Assembly (NCBI GenBank): GCA_002328835.1
Contig: DCWN01000044.1
Coordinates: 60,590-124,589, forward strand
Direction of reading: 5' to 3'
DNA from: Acidobacteria bacterium UBA2161
Lineage (GTDB): Bacteria; Acidobacteriota; Vicinamibacteria; Vicinamibacterales; UBA823
Length of the DNA stretch: 64,000 bases
Each line of letters begins with the position of its first letter. Positions within the stretch are counted from its first letter, which is position 1. Under the pieces are notes generated by a model. The model was not told the DNA's origin. It worked only from the letters and a program-made list of their open reading frames with translations, and searched no databases. The position numbers were made by a program, and so were the translations under genes. Of the stretch, positions 39,593 through 51,800 are shown one piece after another.

Positions 39593-39826
39593 CTAGGCGA
39601 CCGAACCCGACGCGGCGGACGACTCGACGCGCACGTAGCGGCCGTCGGGCTCGCGTCGAAGAAACTGATCGTCGACCAGGGCGGTCAGCACGACCAGGCA
39701 AGCGTTTCGGTCGAGATCCCAGAGACGCTGGGCCTGTGCGAGGGTGAGGCTGAGACCCGGCGTTTTCGCGTACTCGGCCCGAATCCGCTGCAACAGCGCT
39801 TCGAAGTCGGCCTGTGGCCTGCGCAT
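39593..39826 (-). CDS. Small winged-helix-like hypothetical protein
   Basis: RIRAEY..PGLSLTLAQAQRLW..D...L..LV...FL...DGRY pattern; TATAAT at 39855-39850. Confidence 0.7.
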   Translation of the reverse strand: MRRPQADFEALLQRIRAEYAKTPGLSLTLAQAQRLWDLDRNACLVVLTALVDDQFLRREPDGRYVRVESSAASGSVA

Positions 39827-40044
39827 GACATCGGCCTCGCGACGGCGGCATTATAGCGCGGCCGATCGGCGCCGGAGGCGGCCGCGCACAGGGCGAGGCC
39901 GGACGATCTCGTTCCATCTGGACGACTTAGACTTTTTTCGTCGGCCGGCTTGCCCGGATCGTCTCAATTTGAAACGATCGCAGGCTTCAACCCGTCTGAC
40001 CGGCAGATCCTCACGGCGCGAGTTCAGCGCTCGCATCGCCCACG

Positions 40045-40479
40045 ATGAGCGACCGCAAGTACCGGCAACGCGGCTATCAAGATGACGGGCCGTCACCGTC
40101 GAAGGCGGAGCGCCGCCCGTCGAAGCCCAAGTCGCGTGAGCCGCGCGGGCAGCTGCCGCTGCGGCCGCCCTCTCCGAACATGCCGGGGTTTCATGACGTC
40201 ATCCGCTGCGCGCGCTGCGGGCGGCTGCTGGACGCACCGATCGATGAGACGTCGACGTGCGCGCAGTGCGGGTCAGCGCTCCACAGCTGCGCGCAGTGCG
40301 CCTGGTTCGACACGGGCAGTCGCTTCGAGTGCGCTCAGCCGCTCAAGGCGCGCGTCACCCCGAAGGATGGCCAGAACGACTGCGGTCACTTCGCGCCGCG
40401 CGTGACCGTGGAGCGGCAGACCCGATCCCAGCGCGGTCCGTCCAGCGCCAAGCAAGCCTTCGACGACCTGTTCAAGTAG
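40045..40479 (+). CDS. Cys-rich (zinc-ribbon-like) hypothetical protein
   Basis: CARC, CAQC, CAQC plus two further Cys; ends AFDDLFK. Confidence 0.75.
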   Translation: MSDRKYRQRGYQDDGPSPSKAERRPSKPKSREPRGQLPLRPPSPNMPGFHDVIRCARCGRLLDAPIDETSTCAQCGSALHSCAQCAWFDTGSRFECAQPLKARVTPKDGQNDCGHFAPRVTVERQTRSQRGPSSAKQAFDDLFK

Positions 40480-40510
40480 TCCCCGTCGGGAAGGCCGCCG
40501 CCGCCGTCGC

Positions 40511-41842
40511 CTACCAGGCGACCAGCAGCCGGAGGTCCCGCACGTTCTGCCCGGTGGGCCCCGTGACGACGGTGTCGCCGAGCGGGTCGAAGAATCGATG
40601 GGCGTCGGCCCGGCGGAGATACTCGACCGGATCGAGCCCGGCGCCCGCGGCGCGCCTCAGCGTGGTGCCGTCGGCCACGGCCCCGGCGGCCGGCGCCGAG
40701 CCGTCGACGCCGTCGGTGCCGGCACTCAGTACCGCGACCGACCGCCCCGCGATCTTCGGGACACACGCCAGGACAAAGGCCTGATTCCTGCCGCCGAGAC
40801 CGGGATCGGTGACAGGACAAGAGAACTCGCCCCCGCTGACGACGGCGACAGGTCCCCGGGGGTGCGCCTCGCGGGTCTCGTCGAGTCTACCCAACAGGTG
40901 GTCGACGGTCGGGACCAGCGCCCAGTCGTCACGCGCGCCGCCGTCCACGACGACCTGCCACTCGAGCGCGCGGGCCTCGTCCGCCATCGCCTCGACCGCT
41001 TCGGTCTCGCCCACCAGGCGGTACCATCGGCTCGTCTCAAACTCGGGTGAGCCGGGCTTGGGCGTCTCGGGGATCCGGCCTTCATCGATCAACCGCCGTA
41101 CTGCCGCCGGCAACCGCTCCCGCAGGCCGCTGTGGTCGATGATGGCCAGGCAATCGGCGACCGTCGACGCATCGGGCATCGTCGGGCCCGAGGCGATCAG
41201 CGAGGGGTCGTCATCCGGGACATCCGACACGTAGAGCGTGATCTGGCGTGCGTGGCCGTTCAGCGCGGCCAGCCGCCCGCCCTTCACGCTCGAGAGGTGC
41301 TTGCGCACCACATTGATCTCGGCAATTGTCGGCCCACCGGTAACCAGGACGTCGTTCATGGCTTCGAGATCACCGATACCGAGGCCGTCGATCGGCTGCT
41401 CGAAGAGCGCCGAGCCGCCACCGGAGATGAGATGGATGACGAGGTCGTCGGCCCCCACACGGCGAAGCCGGTCGAACACCGCGCGCGCGGCCGCCAGGCT
41501 TCGTGCGTCCGGCAGCGGATGCCCTCCGACGTGGTACGCACATCCGGGCAGGGGCGCCGTCGGGAGATCCGGGCCGACGACGAAGCCCTCGAACTCTTGC
41601 GGTGCCAGGACCCGCGCCAGCGACGCGGTCATCGGCACCGCGGCCTTGCCGATGGCCACGACGACGATGCGGCGGACACTCCCGAGGTCGATCGCGTCGT
41701 CATCCACCGTGAGCACGGAGTCCCTGGCGCGGACGCGGGCACGCAGGATCGCGTCGATCTCCACCCTGGCCAGACTGCGCCGGAATACCCGGCTGAGGAT
41801 CGTCCTCACGGCACTGATCGTATCGGAACGATGCGGGTGCAC
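40511..41842 (-). CDS. Glycerate kinase type 2 (DUF4147/MOFRL)
   Basis: IGKAA, GHP, ISGGGSAL, RKHLSSVKGG, SDV, ASGP, GGRNQ, GTDGVDG, TGPTGQNVRD. Confidence 0.93.
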   Translation of the reverse strand: MHPHRSDTISAVRTILSRVFRRSLARVEIDAILRARVRARDSVLTVDDDAIDLGSVRRIVVVAIGKAAVPMTASLARVLAPQEFEGFVVGPDLPTAPLPGCAYHVGGHPLPDARSLAAARAVFDRLRRVGADDLVIHLISGGGSALFEQPIDGLGIGDLEAMNDVLVTGGPTIAEINVVRKHLSSVKGGRLAALNGHARQITLYVSDVPDDDPSLIASGPTMPDASTVADCLAIIDHSGLRERLPAAVRRLIDEGRIPETPKPGSPEFETSRWYRLVGETEAVEAMADEARALEWQVVVDGGARDDWALVPTVDHLLGRLDETREAHPRGPVAVVSGGEFSCPVTDPGLGGRNQAFVLACVPKIAGRSVAVLSAGTDGVDGSAPAAGAVADGTTLRRAAGAGLDPVEYLRRADAHRFFDPLGDTVVTGPTGQNVRDLRLLVAW

Positions 41843-42072
41843 TCAAACGGCCCGCGAGAGCGGTGTGCTAGCATCGGAAACTTGCAGTCCGTTGTGAAAG
41901 TGCCGAGAGGCACCGAGAGCGCCGAGGCGCCCGCCCCGCTAGGCGCGAAAAGCGAGAATACCGGGAGTATTTGACCGATGAGCAACGCCGCGGGGCGGGA
42001 TGCATCGGCGGTCGAATGCAGCGGCACTTTCACTACGGGCTGCAGGACCCTCATGCGGATCTCCAGCGACTG

Positions 42073-44490
42073 ATGTCAGAACTCGATCCCGTCTGCGCCA
42101 TGTCCGTGGACCTGGCGACGGCCGAGCACACCGCCGAGTACGGCGGACGCACCTACGGATTCTGCTGCGGCCATTGCCGCCAGAAGTTTCTCGACGATCC
42201 CGAACGGTACCTACGCCCCGAGACCAGCGTGGCCGAGGCGCCCGCACCGGTCGCGCCCGGCACGGCGTACGTCTGCCCGATGGACCCCGAGGTCAGCGAG
42301 GCGCAGCCCGGCGCCTGCCCCAAATGCGGCATGGCGCTCGAGCCGGACGTGCCGGCCGCGCCCAGCGCGGCCGTCGAGTACGTCTGCCCGATGCATCCCG
42401 AGGTGGTGAGCGATGCCCCGGGCGCGTGTCCGCAGTGTGGCATGGCGCTCGAGCCGCGGACCGTGCAGGCCGAGGAGCCGCCGAACATCGAACTCATCGA
42501 CATGACTCGTCGGCTCTGGGTGGGCGCCGCGCTCGGACTGCCCGTCTTCCTCCTCGCCATGAGTGAAATGGTGGAGATGGTCGCCGGGAGTGTCGCTCCC
42601 GGAGTGATCGGCCGCACGGCGGGGAACTGGGTGCAGCTCGTGTTCGCGACCCCGGTCGTCCTCTGGGCCGGCTGGCCGTTCTATGCGCGGGCCTGGGCGT
42701 CGATCGTCAACGCCAGCCCGAACATGTTCACCTTGATCGGGCTCGGGGTCGGGTCGGCCTACCTCTACAGTGTCGCGGCGACCGTGGTGCCCGAGGTCTT
42801 TCCGGCCGGATTCCGTACCGCGGCGGGCGTCGAGCCGTACTTCGACACGGCGGTCGTCATCACGGTGCTCGTGCTGCTCGGACAGGTGCTCGAGATCCGG
42901 GCCCGGAGTCGCACCGGCGCGGCGATCCGGGCGCTCCTCGGCCTGGCGCCGACCACGGCCCGGGTCATCCGCGACGGTGACGAGCGCGATGTCCCGTTGC
43001 CGCTCGTCAAGGTCGGCGACCTGCTCCGGATCCGGCCAGGCGAGAAAGTGCCGGTGGACGGCGTTGTCGTCGATGGCCTGAGCGCCGTCGATGAGTCGAT
43101 GGTCACCGGCGAGCCGATTCCCGTCGAGAAGCTGGCCGGGGCGCCCCTCATCGGCGCGACGATCAACGGCACGGGGGCGTTGACGATGCGCGCCGAGCGG
43201 GTCGGTGGCGAGACGTTGCTGGCCCAGATCGTCCAGATGGTGAGCGACGCCCAGCGCAGTCGCGCGCCGATTCAGCGGCTCGCCGATCGCCTGGCCGCCT
43301 ACTTCGTGCCGAGCGTCGTCGCCGTGTCGATCGCCGCGTTCATCGGGTGGAGCCTCTGGGGGCCGGAGCCCCGCCTGGCGCTGGCGCTGGTGAGCGCGGT
43401 GGCGGTGCTGATCATCGCCTGTCCCTGTGCCCTCGGGCTGGCGACGCCGATGGCGATCATGGTGGGGACCGGCCGAGGTGCGGGTGCGGGCGTGCTCATC
43501 AAACACGCCGAGGCGCTCGAAGCGCTGGAGCGGGTCGATACCTTGGTCGTCGACAAGACTGGCACGCTGACGCAAGGACAGCCCGGCGTGACGGCCGTCG
43601 AACCGGTCGGCGGGTTCTCCGATGCCGAACTGCTCCGGCTGGCCGGCGCGCTCGAACAGGCCAGCGAGCATCCGCTGGCCGCGGCGATCGCGTCGCGCGC
43701 CCGGGCCGGCGGCGTCACGCTGCCTTCCGTGAGCGCATTCAAGGCCCAGGCGGGTCGCGGTGTCACCGGCGTGGTGGAAGGGCGGGCGGTCGCCCTGGGG
43801 ACGCCCGAGTTGCTCGCGGCGAGCGGCGCCGACGCCGAGGAGTTGCGCGACAGGGCCGACGCGCTGCGGCGCGAGGGCCAGACGGTCGTCTTCATCGCGG
43901 TGGACGGTCGCACAGCCGGGTTGCTGGGTGTCGCCGATCCGATCAAGCCGTCGACGCCGAAGGCGCTGACGCTGCTGCGGCGCGAGGGTCTCCGGCTGGT
44001 GATGGTGACCGGCGACGACGTCGCGACGGCCGAGGCTGTCGCCAGGACCCTGGAACTCGACGAGGTGATCGCCGGCGTCTTGCCGGCCCGGAAACGGGAG
44101 ATCGTCGCCGAGCTCCAGTCACGTGGTCACGTCGTGGCGATGGCCGGCGACGGGATCAACGACGCGCCGGCGCTGGCCGAGGCCACGGTCGGCATCGCGA
44201 TGGGTACGGGCACCGACGTGGCGATGGAGAGTGCCGGTATCACCCTCGTCAAGGGGGATCTGCGTGGCATCGCGCGCGCGCGCCGGCTGAGTCGAGGGAC
44301 GCTGCGCAACATCAGGCAGAACCTCTTCCTCGCCTTCGTGTACAACGCCGTCGGTGTGCCGGTTGCGGCCGGTGTGCTGTATCCGCTGACGGGCCTGCTC
44401 GTCAGCCCGATCTGGGCGAGTGCGGCGATGACGCTCAGCTCGCTCTCGGTCATCTCGAACGCGCTGCGCCTCCGGTCGCTGGAACTCTGA
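42073..44490 (+). CDS. copA: Cu(I)/Ag(I)-translocating P1B-type ATPase with YHS and two heavy-metal-binding domains
   Basis: DPVCAM..FCCGHC YHS domain; two CPM(D/H)P..CPxCGM domains; TGE, CPC, DKTGT, HP, GDGIND, YN, MxxSS. Confidence 0.93.
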   Translation: MSELDPVCAMSVDLATAEHTAEYGGRTYGFCCGHCRQKFLDDPERYLRPETSVAEAPAPVAPGTAYVCPMDPEVSEAQPGACPKCGMALEPDVPAAPSAAVEYVCPMHPEVVSDAPGACPQCGMALEPRTVQAEEPPNIELIDMTRRLWVGAALGLPVFLLAMSEMVEMVAGSVAPGVIGRTAGNWVQLVFATPVVLWAGWPFYARAWASIVNASPNMFTLIGLGVGSAYLYSVAATVVPEVFPAGFRTAAGVEPYFDTAVVITVLVLLGQVLEIRARSRTGAAIRALLGLAPTTARVIRDGDERDVPLPLVKVGDLLRIRPGEKVPVDGVVVDGLSAVDESMVTGEPIPVEKLAGAPLIGATINGTGALTMRAERVGGETLLAQIVQMVSDAQRSRAPIQRLADRLAAYFVPSVVAVSIAAFIGWSLWGPEPRLALALVSAVAVLIIACPCALGLATPMAIMVGTGRGAGAGVLIKHAEALEALERVDTLVVDKTGTLTQGQPGVTAVEPVGGFSDAELLRLAGALEQASEHPLAAAIASRARAGGVTLPSVSAFKAQAGRGVTGVVEGRAVALGTPELLAASGADAEELRDRADALRREGQTVVFIAVDGRTAGLLGVADPIKPSTPKALTLLRREGLRLVMVTGDDVATAEAVARTLELDEVIAGVLPARKREIVAELQSRGHVVAMAGDGINDAPALAEATVGIAMGTGTDVAMESAGITLVKGDLRGIARARRLSRGTLRNIRQNLFLAFVYNAVGVPVAAGVLYPLTGLLVSPIWASAAMTLSSLSVISNALRLRSLEL

Positions 44491-44547
44491 GGGCGGCGTC
44501 TGCGTCCCCACGTACGCAAGGTGGATATGGACCGATACGAGAGGGCG

Positions 44548-45141
44548 ATGCGATGGGGGCTGGCCGGTGTGCTCGCCCTGCCGGTGATGGTCGGGGCGCA
44601 GGAGCCCCCGAACTTGCGGCAGCTGTTCGAGACCGGTCAGTACCAGGCAGTCGTCGACAATCTTCCCCAACGAGCCGATGACCCGGCTGCGATCTATCTC
44701 GCGGTGCAGAGCTACGCAAGGCTTCAGCAGCCAGCGCGTGTGACCGTGCTCCTCGACCAGCTGGCGGCCCGCCCAGTCGAGGATCCGTGGCACCACGTGG
44801 GCCGCGCCGTGCTGCTGGTCAGCCGGGGCGATTTCGAAGGGGCGCTCGCGTCGGCGAATCAGGCGGTGGCCGTCGGGGCCGCCGTGCCCGAGGCGCACTA
44901 CCAGCTCGGTCTGGTGCTGGCTGGGCGTCGGGAATTTCCGGCAGCCGCAGCGGCGTTCGACGCGGCGGCCGAGCGCGACCCATCGTACGCTTACGCCTTC
45001 TACCAGGCCGGCCTTGCCTACTACCGTCACCGGCGGATCGACGTCATGGCGGCGCGCTTCGAGGCGTTCCTGAAGACGGCGCCGCAAGCGCCCGAGCGGA
45101 CGCAGGTCGAGTCGATCATGCGCACGGTTCGTGGGCGGTAG
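44548..45141 (+). CDS. Exported TPR-repeat protein
   Basis: Signal peptide; AHYQLG and AFYQAGLAYY TPR helices. Confidence 0.78.
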   Translation: MRWGLAGVLALPVMVGAQEPPNLRQLFETGQYQAVVDNLPQRADDPAAIYLAVQSYARLQQPARVTVLLDQLAARPVEDPWHHVGRAVLLVSRGDFEGALASANQAVAVGAAVPEAHYQLGLVLAGRREFPAAAAAFDAAAERDPSYAYAFYQAGLAYYRHRRIDVMAARFEAFLKTAPQAPERTQVESIMRTVRGR

Positions 45142-45157
45142 TCGGTTTCACGAGCCG

Positions 45158-45547
45158 ATGGGAGGCTGCAGTGGGCGCCGCGCGCTGCGACACACGGCAT
45201 ACCAGGCCGGCCTGACGACCCGACATGGCGAGGTGCAAGACCTGCTCCGCGACCTGCCCGGGATCCTCGAGAAACCGCTTTGGGGCGGGCTGACCTATCG
45301 CTATCGCGACCGGGTCGTCTTCGTGCTCACCCGTCGCGCGCGCAGCATCCTGCTGGAGATGAAGCTCACCGAGTTCGAGGCCGATGCGGCGCTCCGGCTG
45401 CCGGGGGTCCGGCCGCACAGCTTCACGCGCCTGGCGCGGACCGGGTGGATCGGCCTGTCGATCACCGCAACGACGCCGCTGTCGCGCGTGAGCGACCTGG
45501 TCGATCGCAGCTACGAGCTGCGTGTGGAATCCTCGTCACCGATCTGA
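45158..45547 (+). CDS. MmcQ/YjbR-like protein (start uncertain)
   Basis: LPG..EKPLWG..YRYRDRVVF...GWI...LVDRSY pattern. Confidence 0.65.
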   Translation: MGGCSGRRALRHTAYQAGLTTRHGEVQDLLRDLPGILEKPLWGGLTYRYRDRVVFVLTRRARSILLEMKLTEFEADAALRLPGVRPHSFTRLARTGWIGLSITATTPLSRVSDLVDRSYELRVESSSPI

Positions 45548-45567
45548 GGACGAGCACCGGTGCGCGA

Positions 45568-45652
45568 CGCGCCGAGCTCAGACAGTCCTCGCACGCCGAC
45601 GGCATGGACTTCTGTTGAAAGGCGTCGGGGCTACCGGCCGTCGACGCGCTGT
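45568..45652 (-). repeat. 85-bp structured repeat, family 2, copy 1
   Basis: Flanks nearly identical to 53218-53302 around a divergent 30-nt core. Confidence 0.8.
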
Positions 45653-45721
45653 GGAACTCGCCGCCGGTCACATCCCCGGCGCTCGCCCTCCGCTCGAGGC
45701 GAGACCCAACCGACGAAGACT

Positions 45722-45816
45722 ACGGCGCGCACGGCGCGCCGCGCGCGGGTCGGAGAGGGGCGCTCGGGGTCCCCGCGGAGACCCGCGCGGGGGCTCGGGG
45801 CGAAGCCCCGATCTGA
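45722..45816 (+). repeat. Intergenic REP-like element, family 1, copy C
   Basis: ACGGCGCGCACGGCG...GGGGCGCTCGGGGTCCCCGCGGAG...CTCGGGGCGAAGCCCCGATCTGA. Confidence 0.85.
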
Positions 45817-45818
45817 TG

Positions 45819-48800
45819 TTAGAACGCGTGGCCGATCGAGAAGAACCAGCGACCGAACGGCTCGCTCGCCTCGCGGCGAAGCCGCGCGCCATAGTCCGCA
45901 CGCAGCAACGCGAACGGCGTGTCGACCCGGAGGCCGAAGCCTACTCCCATCCGGAGATCCGAGATCGAAAGGTCGTGAACCCGCTCGAATGAGTTGCCGG
46001 CGTCGAAGAAGGCGACGCCGCCGAACCTGCCGGCGACGGGAAACCGCACTTCCTGGTTGAAGATCAGCAACGCTTGGCCGCCCACGTCGCCCAGGAAGTC
46101 GATTGGCCCGAGCGAGTTCTCCCGATACCCTCGCACGCTGTTGCCGCCGCCCGCCACGAACCGTTCAGTCGGGATCAGCTGCTGTTCGAACCCTGCCAAC
46201 TCGAACCCCTTCGCCAGGCCGAGGCGGAACGCTGAGGCCAGCACGACGCCCCGACCGACCGACCGGAAGATCGACTGCTGCGCGAGGTACTTCACGAAGC
46301 GGACGTCCGATCCGAGTGTCTCGGTGGCGTACTCGAGGCTGGACGAGTGGAACCACCCCCGCTTGGGCGCGATCAGATCGTCGCGCGTGTCCCACACTCC
46401 GGTCGTGCTAAGCCGCGCGATGTCTTCTGTCAGATCGAAGGGAATCGGCGCGAACCCGAAATCGTCGATCGGGACGATCTCGTTGAAGGTGTGATTCCGC
46501 TCGAAGTCGTAGGCGTAGGCGACAGTCAGGTTGCTCACGGGCCTGAAACGCTGCTCGATCGTGGCCTCACTCAGGTCTGCGGTTACTTGGAGCGGGTCAT
46601 CATCGTCACTGAGCGACTCTCGGCCGAGCGAGGCGAACAGGCTGGTTGTCAGCGGCAGGCCGAACATCGACGGTGTGCTCACGAAGCCGCGCACCGCCCG
46701 CTCGACGCGAGTGTACCGGGTGGAGATGCCGACCGTGGCGGCGCGGCCCAGCAGGTTGGACCGTGTGAGGTCGGCAGTCAATCCTGGACGCACGCTGCGT
46801 GAGCTGACCTCATCGAGCGGCGCGTTCTCGTCGGCGAGCTGTACGCCGTAGCGGAGGCGATACGCCGGCCATTCCTCAACCGTCACCCGCGCGCGAATCG
46901 CCTCGATATCGTTCGTTCCGGGCAACGACGTATCGTCGGCCGGCTCGGCCTCGATATTGACGCTGCGAAAGACCCCGGAGTCGTATAGCCGGCGGCGTGC
47001 CTCGAACCACGACTCCAGGTTCACGGCTTCTCCAGGCGTCAGCTGCAGCGCCCGGTCGATGACTCCCGGATGAGTGCGGTAGATGCCGGTGACAGCGATG
47101 CTGTCGAGCAGTTGGCGTGGGCCTTCCGAGACGGCAATCCGAACAGCCGCCTCGCCCGATGCTCGGTCGACCGACGCCGTGAGGTCGACCTGGACCGTGT
47201 TGAACCCGGCGGCTCGATAGTCTGCGTCGAGTCGTAGCCGTGCCGCCTGCACCTCCGCGGTCAAGTAGAGATCGCCGGGGGCGAGTCCGAGGACGTTGTG
47301 GGCCTCGGTCTCGGCGCGTGCGTCCAGCCCCTCGAGGGTCACGCTCGAGATCGTGAACCGTGCGCCCTCGACGATACGAACCGGCAGCGTGGCGGTCGCA
47401 CCCGAGAACTCGGCGGGCCCGACGCGCACCTGGGCGTTCAGCCAGCCCGACCGGCGATAGAGTACCGTCAGCGCGTTGGCGACGGGCTCGGCGTCGAGCC
47501 AGGCCGAGACCGTCAGGTCAGCGGCGGCGAGTTCGCGTTCGAGCGTGTCGGCGTCGATCCCCGCCTGGCCGGTGAAGACGAACTGCCGGGTGTGCGACCG
47601 GATGCCAGGCGCGATCGTCACCGCGATCGTCTTGGCGTCGCCGGTGTCGACGCGAACGATCGCATCGACCCGCGCCCGCACGTAGCCCTGTACCGCGAGA
47701 TGCCCACGCACGATCGTCCGCAGCTCGTCGAGCAGAAAGCCGTCGAAGACTGACTGATTCCACGCCTCTTCCAGCTCACGCCGAAGCCGTCCCGGGAGGG
47801 AATATCCCTCGACCGCGAGCGTCGTCATCGGTCCAGCGTCAATCTCGTAGAGCAGCCGGAGCGTACCGTCTCCGACGACGCGACTCTCCCGGATCCGGAC
47901 TTCGCGATACGCCCGGTCGTGATAGAAGCGCTCGAGCGTGTCCTGATCGCGTTGCCAGAGGTAGAACTCGAAGGGCCTGCCGGCCGTGACGTCCAACTGA
48001 TCGAGCAGCGCGGCGTCGTCGAACCTCGGTGTGCCGGAGAATTCGACTGCGGTCACGCGGAGCGTTGGAGGGGCCGAGGGCGCAGGCGGGCGTGCTGCGC
48101 CGGCTGCGGGCGCGGCCGCCCCGAACGTCACTGCGTGTCTGAACTCATACGACCGGTCGTTGTTGTCGAACACGACGGCGCGCAGCTCGATATTCCGGCG
48201 CGGCGTGTAGTTGACGATCCACGTCAGCGCGCCGCTCTCGCTGAGGCTCTGCGAGAAGATCAGCTGAATGTCGCGGCTGAGATTCCGGCCGAACGTCAAG
48301 CGGGTGCCCGGGTCGGTCTCGGTGGCGATCAGGCTCGAGTCGAACCTGACGTCGCGCCCGCCGTCGACGTCGAGCCTGAGCGTGTCGAGCCCGACGGCCC
48401 GACCGGCGGCGCCGAAGGCTTCGCCCGACACCAATCCCAGAGCCCGCTCCCGCGCGATCGCGCCAGTCGCGGCGCCCGCCTCGTCCAGGGTTCGTCCGGT
48501 CAAGAGCAGCGAGATGATGTCGGCCTTGCTGGCAGCGGGCGACGCGCTCAATCCCGAACGGAGGTCCGTCGGAGTGCCGTTCAGGTTCAGCGTGATGTCG
48601 TAGTCGGACACTCGCGTCCGCGCCGTCACCGTCAGGATCGGCTCGACACGCACCGGGTTCGTGAAATCGATGGCGCCGCTCTCGATCTCGTAGGTGGTGC
48701 CGGCCAGGAAGATCTCACCGCCCTCGCGGATCTGCACCCGGCCGGTCAGCGCGGGCTGGCCGATAGTGCCGATGAGCGCAATGTCCGCGCCCAGCTCGAG

Positions 48801-51800
48801 GTCGGCATAGTTGTTCGTGACGACGATGTCCTCGGCCGTCGTGAGCCGGGCGTTCAGGGTCAGCTCGTCCAGGGCCGACGGTTCCTCGTCGATCAGCGCC
48901 GTCAGCCGTGGTGCGCTGAGCGCCGCGAGCAGACCCGAGGTCAGCGAGAGTGGCTGCCGGAATCCGCCGCGCAGCACGGTCACGACCCCGCCGAGGGCCG
49001 GGCGGTCGTCCGAGAGCTCGAGCGTCAAGTCCGCGTCGACTTCGCTCCGCAGGCCTTCGGGGATATTCATGGCCAGGCCGCGGCCGACGATCGACAGCGA
49101 CCCGCCGGTCGGCCGCACGCCGGCGAGGGCGAGTTCGCCGTCGACTGCGAGTTCGCCCCCGTTGGCGAGGCCCGTGATCCCGTCGGTTCGGAGGCCGTCA
49201 GCGTCCAGGAGCAGGTGGCCGTTCAGCGAGGTGATTGTGAGTTGCGGGTCGGCGATCCGCAAGGAGACGTCGCTCAGCTGGACCGTTCCACGAACCTCTG
49301 GCGAGCTGGACGAACCGCTCAGCCGCATATCGAGGGAGGCTTCGCCACTGGCGGCGGCGCCGCGCAGCAGTGCGCTGACCATGCCGACGTCGACGCGTCC
49401 GGTCGCGGCGAGATCAAGCTCGAGTTCGTCGGCAATTCCGACGCCACCCGACAGCGACACGATGTTGTCCGCCGAGCCCCACTCCCACGTGTCCACCTCG
49501 ATGCGGCCGTCGGCCAGGCGGAGCCGCGTCGGGACGCGCTGCGCGACCGGGACGTCGGCCGCGGCGAGTTCGGCCCGTTCGAGCGTCAACTCGCCGCGCG
49601 CGGACGGCCATGCCCACGCGTCGGCCTCGACGGCGAGCGAGGCGTCGACGCGGCCCGTGAGCCGTTCCACGATGCTCGGCTCGAGGAACGGCGCCAGCGC
49701 CGCCGGCGTGACCGCCTCGATCCGCAGATCGACCCGTGCCGGGGCGCGATCGGTCCGGCTCGAGGCGATCGCCTCGGGCAGGTAGTCCTGTAACAGCGTG
49801 ACCGGCAGCGCCCCCGAGCCTGTCAGCCTCGCGCCCTGCCACTCGGCCGCCACGCCGTCCAGCGTGACCGTCCAGTCCCGATAGCTGACGCGTGCGTCCA
49901 GGCCTGTGACGGGCGGCAACTCCGCCGGCGCGTACGCGGCCCCGTCGAGTTCGAGATCGGCTTCGATCGATGGTGCGTCAAGCGGACCGGCGATCGTGGC
50001 GCGTGCCTGCAAGGGGCCCGTGAGCGCCGCCCCGGTCGCGGACACCCCGGTCGCCAGCGCCACCAGGCTGACCGCATCGCCGAGATCTCCTCGCAGGGTA
50101 GCGACGAGCCGGTCGGTCGGCGCAGCGGAGATCCGGCCCTCGATTTCCATCAGCGTGTTGCCGACGGCGACCTCGACGCCGTCGACCTCGACGCCGTCGG
50201 CGGAGTACCGCACCCTCGCCGGAGCTTCCAGACGGAAGGGCGCGCCGCGGAGCCTGGCGTCCAGCTCTCGAAGGTCGAGCGTGACGGCGGACGCGGTCGG
50301 ATCGGACCAGACGCCGGCGACCTGCGCTGTGCCCGACAACGCCCCCGAGAGCGGGGATGCGCCGGCGGTTTCGGGGGCGGCCAGCAGCCGGCCCGGGTCG
50401 AGTCCGTCGATGTCAGCGGTCAGTTGGTACTCGCCGCTCGTCCGATCGACCGTCGCCTCGAGAATCAGACCGAGCTCTGGTGAGGTCGTTGCCACCGCGA
50501 GCGTGTCGCCGGCTAGGTCGAGATCGACGTCGGCCCGACCGACGGTTCGACCGAGCCACCGGAGATCGGCGAGCGACAGGCGACCCTGCGCGCGGGGGTC
50601 GGCGGTGGTCCCGGCGCCGTCGAGCGTCCAGCCGAGGGTCAGGTCGGGCCGCGTCGGTGAGCCGGCGGATCGGACACGCAGCGCCTCAGCGGAGCTGGTG
50701 AGAGTGTAGCCGCCCGTGGTGAAGTCGTACCGGCCGGTCAGAGCGAGCGTGCCGTCGGCCTGACGCGCCGCGAGCCGGTCGATCGTGAGGCCGCTGGGGT
50801 CGAGTCGAAGCTCGGCATCGAGCCGGTCGACCACCAATCCGCCGGCGCCGATGTCGGCGCCGCCGAGAGTCGCGTCGACTTCGGGCTCCGGCCACCGGCC
50901 GCCGAGCTGCCCGTCGAGGGTGGCGGCTCCCGTAACCCGCCAGTCTGCCGGAGTTGTGCCGGCGAGCGCGGCGAGGTCGCCGAGGTCCATCGCCAGGGTT
51001 CCGTCAATGGCAGACGTCTGAAGATCGAGCTGGCCGTCCAGCCGCAGCGTGTTGGCGCCGAGGGCGACCTCGAGCGAATCGAGCGCGAACCGGTCCGGGT
51101 CGCCCGCCAGCGTTCCGCGAAGCGTCGCAGGCCCGAACGCCTCGTACACGAGGCCGTGGCCTTCGATGTCGCCGGTCGCCCTGGGTGCGCCGAGCGTGCC
51201 ACCCACGTCGAGTGCCGCGCGCAGTTCGCCGGCGAGTCGCGGCTCACCAGCCAGAAGCCCCAGGGCCGCGGCGCCGACGGCGTTCGCGTCGATCTGGATC
51301 CGGCCCGAGATCGTCGTGTCGGCCAGGGCATCAGGCGAGACCACGCCGCCCAGGTTCGCCTCGGTTCGCAGCGCGTCGCCCACCCGCTGCCTCAAGTCGG
51401 CGGACCAGCGGCTGTCGCCGAGTTCGACGCGCCAGTCGGCGCTGACCGCCTCGGGCGCCTGCGCGACCGCTGGCCGGATGTCGTTCTCGATCGTCCCCGT
51501 GACGGCCGCAGTCGACAGAGTCGGCCAGTCGAGGAGGGCGGCCCCCGTGGCGACTCCGTCCAGCGCGATCGGCGGCACCACGGCGAGGCCGTCCAGGATC
51601 GCCTCGAGGTCGAGGTCGGTCCAGGCCAGGGCCACGGTTCCGGAAGCGGACTCGTCCAGGCCGAGCCGACCGGTCCCTCGTATCCGGCCTCCCGCGACTT
51701 CCAGATCGAGCGACGACAGGGCCAGTTCGCCCCCTGACGCCGTAACCTCGGAGCGCGCAATCACGATGTCGTCGAGCCCGCCGGCGCGCAGCGGACCTCC

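Noticed and set aside
41957-41971. AATACCGGGAGTATT as a CsoR operator upstream of copA
   Set aside because: Arms are only 5 bp, the spacing is shorter than typical CsoR sites, and no regulator gene is adjacent.
14045-45816. Repeats considered as a CRISPR array
   Set aside because: Copies are kilobases apart, not tandem with spacers, and no cas genes are present.
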